Origin: an uncultured Granulosicoccus sp.
GTDB lineage: Bacteria; Pseudomonadota; Gammaproteobacteria; Granulosicoccales; Granulosicoccaceae
Assembly (NCBI GenBank): GCA_938003775.1
Contig: CALKXZ010000014.1
Location: 1 to 56,406 of the forward strand
Direction of reading: 5' to 3'
Length of the DNA: 56,406 bases
Of this stretch, positions 47,612 through 56,406 are shown in pieces (positions within the stretch are counted from its first letter, which is position 1; the number at the start of each line of letters is the position of its first letter). The position numbers and the translations under genes are program-made. The notes under the pieces were generated by a model. It ran no database searches, was not told where the DNA came from, and saw nothing but the letters and a program-made list of their open reading frames with translations.

Positions 47612-49711
47612 CTATTTACGCTTGCCTTTGCTTTTCTTATTGCGGTGACGTTCCTTTTTCTTTTTTTCCCGCTTTTCCAGTTCCTGAACTGACATATTTG
47701 CCAGGTCCCGTGACTCTGGGGCGACAGCTGTTTTTGGGCGTTTCTTTGGCGGATTCTTCGCTTTTTTTCCTGCTTGAGCCTGCGATGCCGTGCCTGTTCG
47801 AGCATCGCTGGTTCGCGAAATATCCAGTTTGCGATTGCATACCCATACACGCTTGAGATCCTTGAGTAGGAACTTGGGCATGCCCGATGGTAGTTCGACA
47901 AAACTGTGATCGCTTTTTATGTCGATACGGCCGATGAATTCTGAATCCAGACCTGCCTCATTCGCAATGGCTCCCACCAAGTTTTCAGCCTTGACACCAT
48001 GCTCAACGCCAACTTCAACCCGAAAGCTTTCAATTTCTATGTCTGCACGCTCAGCAGCTCGGCGGCGCTCAGCTCTGGAGCCTGGTTGAATATCATTGTT
48101 AATAACGGGTGATGGTTTTACTGTCGCTGATTGGCTAGTGGTGTGAGTGTCGTGCTCAGAAGGATGCGTGGGAGAGGCTGATGCTTTGGATTTTCGGCTT
48201 GCTTTAGGTTCGGTTGGGTCGCCTGACTGTTTGTGATGTAAAGCTGGTTTTTCAATGCGATGCTGCACATGACGTGGACGGTCAGCCTGAACGCGTGGTC
48301 GCTTCGTGCTCTCTGACGTCTCAGCCGAACGATCAGCGCGTTTGTCTTTCTTTTCTTTACGCTGCTTGCGTTCACCGCCTCGCTCTGATCCGCTGATGAT
48401 CAGCGGTTGGTCGCCCAGACACATCTTTGCCAAGGCGGCGGCAACTCGCTCGGGCGGAACATCGTGATCGCGCGAAAATTCTTCGGCCAGTCTCTGCAGA
48501 TAAGCCAGTTCACCGGTGGCTAATGTGTCACTGATTCGTTGTTTGAAGTCGGCGATGCGTTTGTTATTGACCATGTCAACGGTTGGCAATTGCAACGGCT
48601 CTATTTTCTGGCGGGTAGCCCGCTCGATCGTGCCCAGTAGTCGCCGCTCGCGTTGCGTTACAAATAGAATCGCCTCGCCACTTCGTCCAGCACGACCCGT
48701 GCGTCCAATACGATGCACGTAGGCTTCTGTGTCATAGGGTATGTCGTAGTTGATGACATGACTGATTCGATCAACGTCGAGTCCGCGAGCGGCGACATCG
48801 GTGGCCACCAGAATATCCAGTTGGCCGCGCTTGAGTTTGCTCACCATTTGCTCGCGTTGTTTTTGTGGCATGTCGCCATTCATGGCGGCCGCAACAAAGC
48901 CGCGTGCTGCGAGTTTGTCTGCCACTTCAACGGTTGCCGTGCGTGTGCGAACAAACACCAGCATGGCATCGAACGTTTCTGCCTCGAGAATTCGCGTCAG
49001 TGCATCTAGCTTGTGTAAACCGCTGACGAGCCAGAATCGTTGTCGTATGGTGCTGGCAGTGGTTAATCTGCCTTCGATGGTTATTTCCATCGGATCGGTC
49101 AGATGTTTGTTGGCAATACGGCGAATTACCGAGGGCATGGTGGCCGAGAATAAGGCCATCTGACGTGAATCGGGGGTCTGCTCAAGAATCCATTCAACAT
49201 CATCGATAAAGCCCATTCGCAGCATTTCGTCAGCTTCGTCAAGGACCAGTGTTTGCAACTTGTCGAGCTTGAGCGTGCCACGCCGCATGTGATCCATGAT
49301 TCGCCCAGGTGTGCCGACGACAACATTCACACCACGAGCCAGCTGGCGGATCTGTCCGGTATAGTCCTGTCCGCCGTATACAGGTAAAACTCGTAGGTTT
49401 TTCATATATTTGGCGTACTTTGCGAATGCCTCAGCCACCTGTATGGCTAGCTCGCGTGTGGGTGCAAGCACCAAAGCTTGCACACCTTTGGCATTGAGAT
49501 CCATGCGAGCCAGTAGCGGCAGCGCGAAAGCCGCTGTTTTGCCGGTTCCGGTGGGCGCATGGCCAAGCAAGTCACGCCCTTCCAGTAATGGCGGAATGGT
49601 AGACGCTTGAATGGGGGTTGGCGTTTCATAGCCAACTGCCTCGACCGCGCGCTGCACCTCTGCGGGCAGGGCAAGGTCGGAAAAGAGAGTTACAGTATTG
49701 GATTGCGACAT
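47612..49711 (-). CDS. deaD: DEAD-box RNA helicase (DeaD/CsdA-like)
   Basis: TGTGKT, PTRELA, LDEADEML, SAT, HRIGRTGRAG, C-terminal DbpA-type RNA-binding domain (GAIANEAG). Confidence 0.92.
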   Translation of the reverse strand: MSQSNTVTLFSDLALPAEVQRAVEAVGYETPTPIQASTIPPLLEGRDLLGHAPTGTGKTAAFALPLLARMDLNAKGVQALVLAPTRELAIQVAEAFAKYAKYMKNLRVLPVYGGQDYTGQIRQLARGVNVVVGTPGRIMDHMRRGTLKLDKLQTLVLDEADEMLRMGFIDDVEWILEQTPDSRQMALFSATMPSVIRRIANKHLTDPMEITIEGRLTTASTIRQRFWLVSGLHKLDALTRILEAETFDAMLVFVRTRTATVEVADKLAARGFVAAAMNGDMPQKQREQMVSKLKRGQLDILVATDVAARGLDVDRISHVINYDIPYDTEAYVHRIGRTGRAGRSGEAILFVTQRERRLLGTIERATRQKIEPLQLPTVDMVNNKRIADFKQRISDTLATGELAYLQRLAEEFSRDHDVPPERVAAALAKMCLGDQPLIISGSERGGERKQRKEKKDKRADRSAETSESTKRPRVQADRPRHVQHRIEKPALHHKQSGDPTEPKASRKSKASASPTHPSEHDTHTTSQSATVKPSPVINNDIQPGSRAERRRAAERADIEIESFRVEVGVEHGVKAENLVGAIANEAGLDSEFIGRIDIKSDHSFVELPSGMPKFLLKDLKRVWVCNRKLDISRTSDARTGTASQAQAGKKAKNPPKKRPKTAVAPESRDLANMSVQELEKREKKKKERHRNKKSKGKRK

Positions 49712-49815
49712 TGCGGGAGCTTACCGTGTTATTGCTAAGACAGGTAGCGCGCTTGCGTGAATCTTGAAGCTCACCTTATCATCTGTCACGAGAGTTGTTA
49801 CCAACAGGGCAGGGT

Positions 49816-50277
49816 ATGAACTATTGGTTGTTCAAATCAGAGCCGGATGCGTTCAGCATTGATGATCTGAAAGCCATGAAGGCGCGCAGAGATCATTGGG
49901 ACGGTATCCGTAATTATCAAGCACGCAATTTGATGCGAGATGAAATGAAAAAAGGTGATTTAGGCTTTTTTTATCATTCCAGCTGCAAAGTGCCCGGTAT
50001 CGTGGGCGTGGTCGAAATTGTACGTGAAGCCTACCCAGATCATACGGCTTGGGATCCGCAGTCTCAGTATTACGACCCTAAGTCATCGCCCGATAATCCC
50101 CGATGGGTCATGGTAGATGTGAAATTCAGGCAGAAATTTGCCAATGTACTGTCACTTGAAAAACTGCGTACTGTGAGCCGTTTAGGCGATATGGTGTTGT
50201 TGAGAAAGGGAAGCCGGTTGTCCATTCAACCCGTGAGTGCTGGCCAGTGGAAGACTATATTAAAGCTCGCTACGTGA
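49816..50277 (+). CDS. EVE domain protein
   Basis: YWLFKSEP, WDGIRNYQARN, FFYHSSC, RLSIQPV. Confidence 0.93.
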   Translation: MNYWLFKSEPDAFSIDDLKAMKARRDHWDGIRNYQARNLMRDEMKKGDLGFFYHSSCKVPGIVGVVEIVREAYPDHTAWDPQSQYYDPKSSPDNPRWVMVDVKFRQKFANVLSLEKLRTVSRLGDMVLLRKGSRLSIQPVSAGQWKTILKLAT

Positions 50278-50328
50278 GAATTTGATTGTCGGCAGTCAAT
50301 CGATTTAGCGGTCAGTAGGCCCGTGGCA

Positions 50329-50805
50329 TCACTGGCTCTCCAGTAATGATTCGTACAGCGAATCAGCTGTTTTGATATACCCAGGAACATCTTTCAACCA
50401 TTCATTGTTGAGCTTCTTGTTGTAATTCAGGTACAACTTTTCATCCACAATCGTCCAGAATTCAGGTTCTATTTTCACCAGATTTCCCTGCACAACACCG
50501 TACGCACAGTAGCCGCCGTACTGGGGAGCATATTTCTCAGGTTCTGCGACAAACAAGTCCAGGTGCTCCTGTGAGGAAAATTTCCACGTCGCGCCTGACC
50601 AGGATGTCGTGTATTCGTCGCTGCCCTTCACCGGCTTACCTTGAGTGAAGTAGGCGACGGTGTCGGTGCCTCTAATGGCGATGCCGTTGGGTTCGTAGCC
50701 GAATAATCCCTTTTTTTCCAGCGTATTGATTCGCTCGGCTGCCATGGCGCTACCGATTGTGGCAAGCAAAATAACGGTGGTGAGTACAATTTTTGTCAGG
50801 CGCAT
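50329..50805 (-). CDS. Secreted YHS domain protein
   Basis: Signal peptide from MRLTK; AIRGTDTVAYF, YAPQYGGYCAYG, LYLNY. Confidence 0.88.
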   Translation of the reverse strand: MRLTKIVLTTVILLATIGSAMAAERINTLEKKGLFGYEPNGIAIRGTDTVAYFTQGKPVKGSDEYTTSWSGATWKFSSQEHLDLFVAEPEKYAPQYGGYCAYGVVQGNLVKIEPEFWTIVDEKLYLNYNKKLNNEWLKDVPGYIKTADSLYESLLESQ

Positions 50806-51000
50806 GGTGTTGGTCGAGCAATTATTACGGATACAAGGTGTAAGACGGCTCTGATTTAAAAAAGTTTTATGGTGCCGTGTAATTTGCACAATTGTTACAG
50901 ATTTTTCAGAGATTTTGCCGCGCAACTATTTCCAGCGACTATGTCCAGAACGTGCCAGCAAGCGCATCACGTCGTTGAGTGCTTTCAGATGTTGTACTGT

Positions 51001-52440
51001 CTACAGCTCAGGCAGTACCCCGGATAACTGACCTGAGCGCCGTTTGCGCCGTTCATCCAGCCAATAGGCAAGCTCTCTTAGGCTCAGGAATAACGCTAGC
51101 ATCAACAGTAGGCCCAGCGTCACATGCCATGGCACCAGCGATTCACCACTGCTGCGTAATCGTAGGAGTAACTTATCCTTCCAACTGTCGTTTAGGGCGA
51201 TGTCTGCCAGCAAATCCGCTCGGTCTGGTAGGCCAACGTTAATGCGACGAGCAGGGATGATTGCGTCTTTTTTACGATCTTCAACAATGCTGTACCACGG
51301 CACTCTTACTGTATCGAGAAACACCGGTATGGGACTTTGCGCCACCATTCGAAACTTGAAAACAGCGCTGGCAGAAATTTGATCGCCTACCAGTTGTTGA
51401 GAGCGGTGGTGACTGATTGGCGTTGTGGTAAGCGCACGACTCTCCAATGGTGTTACCGAAGGTAGGTGGCTGGCCAACACATTGTGAGCGTTGAGCGTAA
51501 TGGTACGGATAATTTCATCACCTGCTGATAATGTTCGTGGGTCTTTGGACCATTCATCTGTGAGTGCGACACGACGGGCGGGTAACCACCAGGATGCTTG
51601 CGACGCCGCCGGTTTTGCGAACAATGTGAAAGTATCGGTGTGCCGATCAAAATCGCTGCGCTGTGTTCTAGATCGAATAGCCGTACCTTTCCAGCGCACA
51701 CCGTCTATATCAATAGCGCCCGAGCGTTGCGCAAACAGATGATAGCGCCAGGCAATGACACGCCAGCGTTCACCGTTATCCAGTTCCTCGACGGTTCTTC
51801 GCTGAATAAATTGTTCCAAAACATCAAACCCGTCAAAATCTGGCAACATGAGTTGTTCGTCAGCGATAGGATGACGGTGACGAAGTTGTATATCGAAAAC
51901 CATGTGTTGACCGACAAACGGCTGTGGGCTGGACGCGGATGTATCAATGATGTTGATGGTCGCAGAATCAGATGCGCCGTTATCGACTGTTAGTGTCTGA
52001 CTGATCGTTAAGTCGTCGGGATCAGGTTGCCAGTTAGTGTCGGCCGGTGCTTGCACGTCAATGATGACAGAATTTGATAACACTGGCCCTTTGATAGTCA
52101 TGCCGCTCAACGGACCGAAAATAACGCGGCCTTCACGGCGCGGTAGAAATTCCATACGACGTAATTTTACTTCAACAACACGTTCGTTAATGACGGCAAT
52201 CCGAGTGCCTGTGGTCTCGCGTATCAGATCAGCATCTTTGAACAAAGTACTGATATCCAGTGCCTCTGTGATACCCACTGCTTCGACCTCTAGGGTAATG
52301 CTGTCACCCAGATAGATAGTTTCGTCGCTGCCAATGAGTGTGATGCCAGGTTGTACCTTGGCTACCGCCAAAGGTGGGTATGCCAAAGTACCCACAATAA
52401 AACACACCATACCAATGATAAACCGAACATGGCTTACCAT
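51001..52440 (-). CDS. BatD-like protein
   Basis: Signal peptide, Ig-like repeats, WWLPARRVAL, GDEIIRTITL, C-terminal TM; last gene of the VWA operon. Confidence 0.8.
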   Translation of the reverse strand: MVSHVRFIIGMVCFIVGTLAYPPLAVAKVQPGITLIGSDETIYLGDSITLEVEAVGITEALDISTLFKDADLIRETTGTRIAVINERVVEVKLRRMEFLPRREGRVIFGPLSGMTIKGPVLSNSVIIDVQAPADTNWQPDPDDLTISQTLTVDNGASDSATINIIDTSASSPQPFVGQHMVFDIQLRHRHPIADEQLMLPDFDGFDVLEQFIQRRTVEELDNGERWRVIAWRYHLFAQRSGAIDIDGVRWKGTAIRSRTQRSDFDRHTDTFTLFAKPAASQASWWLPARRVALTDEWSKDPRTLSAGDEIIRTITLNAHNVLASHLPSVTPLESRALTTTPISHHRSQQLVGDQISASAVFKFRMVAQSPIPVFLDTVRVPWYSIVEDRKKDAIIPARRINVGLPDRADLLADIALNDSWKDKLLLRLRSSGESLVPWHVTLGLLLMLALFLSLRELAYWLDERRKRRSGQLSGVLPEL

Positions 52441-53363
52441 GAGCTGCCACCTTCAGGAGCGCTCTGTCCTGCCGCTTGACGTCTTCGTTGCTCAAGCTTT
52501 ATACGTTGTTGTAAATACAACTGCGCATCATGATTGATCCGATTTAGCCACTGGGTGGTTGCCTGTTCGGTTTCAAGTGAGGTTCGTAAGCCGGCTGCTT
52601 GCGAATCGGTGTTGACGTTATCGGATTCTGACCCACCAGAGGCTTGACTTGCTGCGTCTTGATCGGTTGCCTGGCCATTGAGCGCGCCGCCACTGTCGTG
52701 GTTCTTAGGTTGCTGTGGTTGCTCGATAGCGTTATTAGCGTCTCCTGCCTGTGCAGACTGCTCAGAGTCCATGCGCTGTTCCCCCAACTGATCAGACTGA
52801 TCGCTGGGTGCTGAGTCACCGGTGTCGCTTTGTTGATCGCCACCCTCACCGCTGTCTTGCTCCTGAGCTTGATCCTCTGAGTCGATTCGTTCGATTTCAT
52901 CGCCGGTAGGCTGACGAGCGCCGCGCCGATCGGCGTTGTTCTCATCTGTTAACAGCTTTCTCATCAATTGCGCATTGTGGTCAGCATCTTTAAGTGATGG
53001 ATTCATTGATAGGGCTCGCTGATAGGCATCCAGAGCCAGTGCGTAGTAACCCAGTTTTACATAGCAGTTGCCAAGATTGAACGCAGAGACTGGATCATTG
53101 GCTCTGACAAAGGCTTCAGCAGCCCGCCACCATTGTTCAGAGCGGTACAGGGCGACGCCTTTCCACGCAGGGTCTGTGAAGATCTCGCCAGCTTGCACAT
53201 AATCACCAGACTCAAACAGTCGATGAGCCAGCAAGTTGTCATCGCGAGCAGCAACCGGTGACAAACTGATACACAGCAACACAACACTGAATAATTGCAT
53301 GATGGGCATAGTTGCATTCTTGCCTGAAGGTGTCACCCATCGAGCTCCTGTCGAAACAGCCAC
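52434..53363 (-). CDS. TPR protein with acidic low-complexity tail (BatC-like)
   Basis: WKGVALYRS, FNLGNCYVKLG..ALDAYQRAL..P..DADHN; QWLNRI. Confidence 0.8.
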   Translation of the reverse strand: MAVSTGARWVTPSGKNATMPIMQLFSVVLLCISLSPVAARDDNLLAHRLFESGDYVQAGEIFTDPAWKGVALYRSEQWWRAAEAFVRANDPVSAFNLGNCYVKLGYYALALDAYQRALSMNPSLKDADHNAQLMRKLLTDENNADRRGARQPTGDEIERIDSEDQAQEQDSGEGGDQQSDTGDSAPSDQSDQLGEQRMDSEQSAQAGDANNAIEQPQQPKNHDSGGALNGQATDQDAASQASGGSESDNVNTDSQAAGLRTSLETEQATTQWLNRINHDAQLYLQQRIKLEQRRRQAAGQSAPEGGSSW

Positions 53364-54343
53364 AACATCAGCGGTATCGCAAATACCAACAACCAGTGCG
53401 ACTGGTCACGCCAAACCAGGCTTTTCAATTGAGCGTGCGTTGCAGCGTTCGCCTGCTGATCCAGTTGCAAGTGCGCATAATTTAAGACGCCAAAACGATT
53501 GGCTTTAATACTCACGCCATTGCCATTGTCTGAAAGTGTTTGCGCTAGCTTCCAATTCAGGCGTGTTTCGTCTCCCGTTGATGTAGTGCTGCTCCAGCTT
53601 TCTATCGCCGCATTGTTTTCAGTGACAGCGGCTATTTCACGGTTACTAGTGTCAGATGAGCCAAATAGCAGGCCGTCGACACGGTGCCCGGCATCTGCCA
53701 GATATCGGGCTGCTGCAATGCTGCTGTTGCCAATGCCGCCGGAGTCTCCAAGTACGAAAACACGTGCTGCTATGAACTGACTGTCTTCTATGACTGAAGT
53801 TGCCAGCGATAAAGCACGAGCCAGGTTAGAACCCTCGGTTGGTATCACGCCATACTCCAGTAGCGCAGCGTGCTCATTTAACACTGAACGGTCAAAAGCT
53901 GGGGGCGCTACCAGAAATGCATCACCGGCAAAAAGAATAAGAGCCATAGGCCTGGCACCGGCTTGGCGCGACAGCTCAGCCACAGATTCACGCAAAGCGC
54001 TTAACCGAGTTGGGACTGTATCGTTGAGCGTCATGGATCGTGAAACGTCTGCGACCACTATCCAGCCGGTACTGTGTCTCCATGTCTCGTCTTCACTCTG
54101 GCGTACGACTGGTTGACTCAGGCTCAATGCGACTAGGCTGGCTATCAGTAACGCTACATTGATACGTGAAAAGCGCGCAGGTGCCGCGCCGAGGAACTCA
54201 AACAATGGCGGTGACAGAACCTGTTGCCAATGACTTCGCGCAGTGTGATGTCGCAATAACAGAGCGGCCAGCAACAACAGTAGAGCCGGGATGAGCCACA
54301 ACGGCCGCAACACAACCCATTCACCGAACTGCCAAGTGTTCAT
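53333..54343 (-). CDS. VWA domain protein (BatB-like)
   Basis: LRPLWL, DVSRSM MIDAS, FAGDAFLVAP, GSNLARAL. Confidence 0.85.
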   Translation of the reverse strand: MNTWQFGEWVVLRPLWLIPALLLLLAALLLRHHTARSHWQQVLSPPLFEFLGAAPARFSRINVALLIASLVALSLSQPVVRQSEDETWRHSTGWIVVADVSRSMTLNDTVPTRLSALRESVAELSRQAGARPMALILFAGDAFLVAPPAFDRSVLNEHAALLEYGVIPTEGSNLARALSLATSVIEDSQFIAARVFVLGDSGGIGNSSIAAARYLADAGHRVDGLLFGSSDTSNREIAAVTENNAAIESWSSTTSTGDETRLNWKLAQTLSDNGNGVSIKANRFGVLNYAHLQLDQQANAATHAQLKSLVWRDQSHWLLVFAIPLMLWLFRQELDG

Positions 54344-55302
54344 GTGTATATACGCTGTACATAGGCTATGGATAATACACAGAGCATCAATAGCGCTTGA
54401 GGCCATTGACGCAGGTCATGGCGAATAATGACAGGCGGTGCAGCTACATCAGCACGTTCAAGAGCATCTATAGCGGTATAGATCTGTTGCAAGTCGGCAG
54501 TGTTAGTCGCCCTAAAAAACTGACCACCGGCCTGTTCAGCGATAGCTTTGAGTGTGTCCTGATCCAGATCAGCTGATTGAGCAATGCGGTAACCACCTCG
54601 CTCTCCATCCACGCTGCCAAGCGCAATCGTGTGTACGCGAATGCCAAGGCTATGGGCTAGTAAGGCTGCACTTTCAGGTTCCACCGAGCCAGCATTGTTA
54701 GTGCCGTCGGAGAGCAAAACTATGGCTTTTTGAGTGGCTGGATCGCCCTGTAGTGTTTGTATGGCAAGGCCAATAGCGTCACCAATGGCCGTTGATTGTC
54801 CTGCCATACCAATACCAGCGCTGTTAAGGATGCTGCTCAATGCATGTAGATCAAATGTCAGTGGCGAGGCGATAAAGGCCTGCTTGCCATAGAGCACTAG
54901 ACTGACGCGGTCGCCCTGTCGTTGAACGATGAAATCGTGGGCTACTTTCTTGACCACACTAAGTCGATCCTGGGTCACGCCGTCAAGTGAGTAATCCTGC
55001 CGTTTCATGCTGCCCGAAACATCGACGGCCAATGCCATGGCTCTGCCGCTAGCCGGTTGCACGATGGCATCTCCTTGCCGCCAAGGTTGAGCCACCGATG
55101 TGAGTAGACTGAGCCAGCATAACCACATCAGAATGGGTCGAATCGATAACTTAACGGGTGTTTTTGATACCAGCGTTTGCAGTGATTGTTCCAGTACCGG
55201 TGGAATGCGAATGGCGGTTAGCGTCTGGCGTGAATAATAATGGTGTATCAACCACGGCAATGGCGTTAACAAAAAAACCCATGGCCAATTAAACTGGATC
55301 AT
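54340..55302 (-). CDS. VWA domain protein (BatA-like)
   Basis: FNWPW, DVSGSM MIDAS, TAIGDAIG, LLSDGTNNAG. Confidence 0.88.
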   Translation of the reverse strand: MIQFNWPWVFLLTPLPWLIHHYYSRQTLTAIRIPPVLEQSLQTLVSKTPVKLSIRPILMWLCWLSLLTSVAQPWRQGDAIVQPASGRAMALAVDVSGSMKRQDYSLDGVTQDRLSVVKKVAHDFIVQRQGDRVSLVLYGKQAFIASPLTFDLHALSSILNSAGIGMAGQSTAIGDAIGLAIQTLQGDPATQKAIVLLSDGTNNAGSVEPESAALLAHSLGIRVHTIALGSVDGERGGYRIAQSADLDQDTLKAIAEQAGGQFFRATNTADLQQIYTAIDALERADVAAPPVIIRHDLRQWPQALLMLCVLSIAYVQRIYT

Positions 55303-55796
55303 TCGCCGCTGGTACTTTTCCTAGCACCAGATGAAACCACTGGGTTAACAGGTAGTGATTTAATCTGTCTCTCTAGTTCAGAACACAACACGCTCATATT
55401 CGCCACCGAGGGTGTTTGGGTCTGATACAGAGCGTCTCCAAAAATTCGCCCGTCCGACTGCGTAAACCAATGCGTATTAAAGGCTTGATCCAGCTGTGCT
55501 AGCCATTGACCTCGATCACCACTGATATCCTGGCCTTGGTAACGCATTACTTTGCGCAGCAGCTTGGCCAGATGAAGCAGGCATGATGCGGGTTCAAGTT
55601 GCCGAGCCCAGTCAATTTCGCGCAAGGCCTCGTTGCGCCATCGCTCACGTCTGCGTTGACGCTGCCGGTAGAATAATAGTGCGATGAACACAAAAACCAC
55701 CAGGTTGGCTGCAATTAACCACAAAGACACGCCCACCGGTGGTGGCGGTTCTTGAATGTCGCGTAACTGGCTAAGTAGTTGTTCGGTGTTGCTCAT
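55299..55796 (-). CDS. DUF4381 family protein
   Basis: LSQLRDIQEPPP, single TM, WRNEALREI, WLAQLD; position in the operon. Confidence 0.8.
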   Translation of the reverse strand: MSNTEQLLSQLRDIQEPPPPVGVSLWLIAANLVVFVFIALLFYRQRQRRRERWRNEALREIDWARQLEPASCLLHLAKLLRKVMRYQGQDISGDRGQWLAQLDQAFNTHWFTQSDGRIFGDALYQTQTPSVANMSVLCSELERQIKSLPVNPVVSSGARKSTSGE

Positions 55797-56404
55797 GGTA
55801 GATAACCGCCTTGACGCAATCCACCAACCACATGCTGCACGCCGTCCTTGGTATCAAACAGCGGAATCATCAATTGTTGAAAACGATTGATTCGGTTGCG
55901 CTGCTCGGTTTGCAGATGCTCCAGCAGCTGAGCGCAAGCGTGCCTGTTCAGCGCTACACTATGCGTGCGTTGATCTGAACAATGTCCCGAGTAATAACCG
56001 TAGCGACCTATCGGTAAACCCTCTTGCAACATCGGTTCGTTGATATAAACACTGGCCTGTTGTGTGGTGTGTTTCAGTTGCACTAAGACCTCATCGAAGT
56101 TTTCACCGGCGTGATCCAAACCGCTGATCCAGATCAGCGTGCCTTTTAGCCCGGTCTGGGTGAGTAACCATTGTCCAGCCTGTTCCAGTGTAATGTGTGG
56201 CTGTTTGGTTGCGTGTATTGCCTCAGATAGGTCAATCAGTGGGTCTTGAGTGTTGCTCGTTGTGTCGCGATCAACCACGTTTTGTGAGCGGTTTTCCAGG
56301 GAGGGTAGGTCGCGCTGATGCAAGGGTTGTAGGGCGTATTTATAGCGCCGAGCCAGCAGAGCGCATCCGTCGATCGCAGTTCGGTGTCCACCACCGTACT
56401 CGCT
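55793..56404 (-). CDS. DUF58-like protein, 3' part (runs off the window)
   Basis: Frame open to the window edge; occupies the usual position upstream of DUF4381-VWA-VWA-TPR-BatD in MoxR operons; LIWISG resembles the DUF58 ISD motif. Confidence 0.6.
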   Translation of the reverse strand, partial: SEYGGGHRTAIDGCALLARRYKYALQPLHQRDLPSLENRSQNVVDRDTTSNTQDPLIDLSEAIHATKQPHITLEQAGQWLLTQTGLKGTLIWISGLDHAGENFDEVLVQLKHTTQQASVYINEPMLQEGLPIGRYGYYSGHCSDQRTHSVALNRHACAQLLEHLQTEQRNRINRFQQLMIPLFDTKDGVQHVVGGLRQGGYLP

Positions 56405-56406
56405 GG

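Noticed and set aside
47299-47901. 200-aa alternative-frame ORF and the many other short overlapping ORFs
   Set aside because: They are shadow frames of well-supported genes with no recognisable motifs.
50329-50805. Selenoprotein form of the YHS protein
   Set aside because: The motif has Cys (GGYCAYG); there is no in-frame TGA.
1-56406. tRNA, rRNA or CRISPR loci
   Set aside because: None recognised by eye; a covariance-model scan was not possible.

Overview
Bacterial chromosomal window, most likely from a marine gammaproteobacterium (Granulosicoccus-like by gene content; inference only). The first ~1.85 kb is the decayed edge of an accessory element: a frameshifted polymorphic-toxin C-terminus plus a putative immunity gene, an internally deleted PIN toxin with its antitoxin, and an XRE regulator missing its HTH. 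It is closed by what looks like a Tn7/Mu-type transposon end (terminal TGT plus three contiguous 24-bp repeats). The standout is 10.0-21.3 kb: an operon of an orphan PhnD-like binding protein, a hybrid histidine kinase and a 1478-aa fusion (two rhodanese domains + YidC/Oxa1 insertase core + Rph/PigC-type PEP-utilising phosphotransferase), divergent from a second hybrid kinase with an Hpt domain and with no response regulator nearby. The rest holds a TRAP transporter, LOG, polA, a tungsten-type aldehyde oxidoreductase operon with moaD-like/moaA genes and PQQ-alcohol-dehydrogenase-associated genes, a peptidoglycan-recycling cluster (murI, amidase, ampG, SpoIID-like, nagZ, NlpC/P60), SRAP, a GNAT/YdcF/JmjC cluster, deaD, EVE, YHS and a MoxR-associated Bat operon. 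All family calls come from motif recognition by eye; no searches were run.
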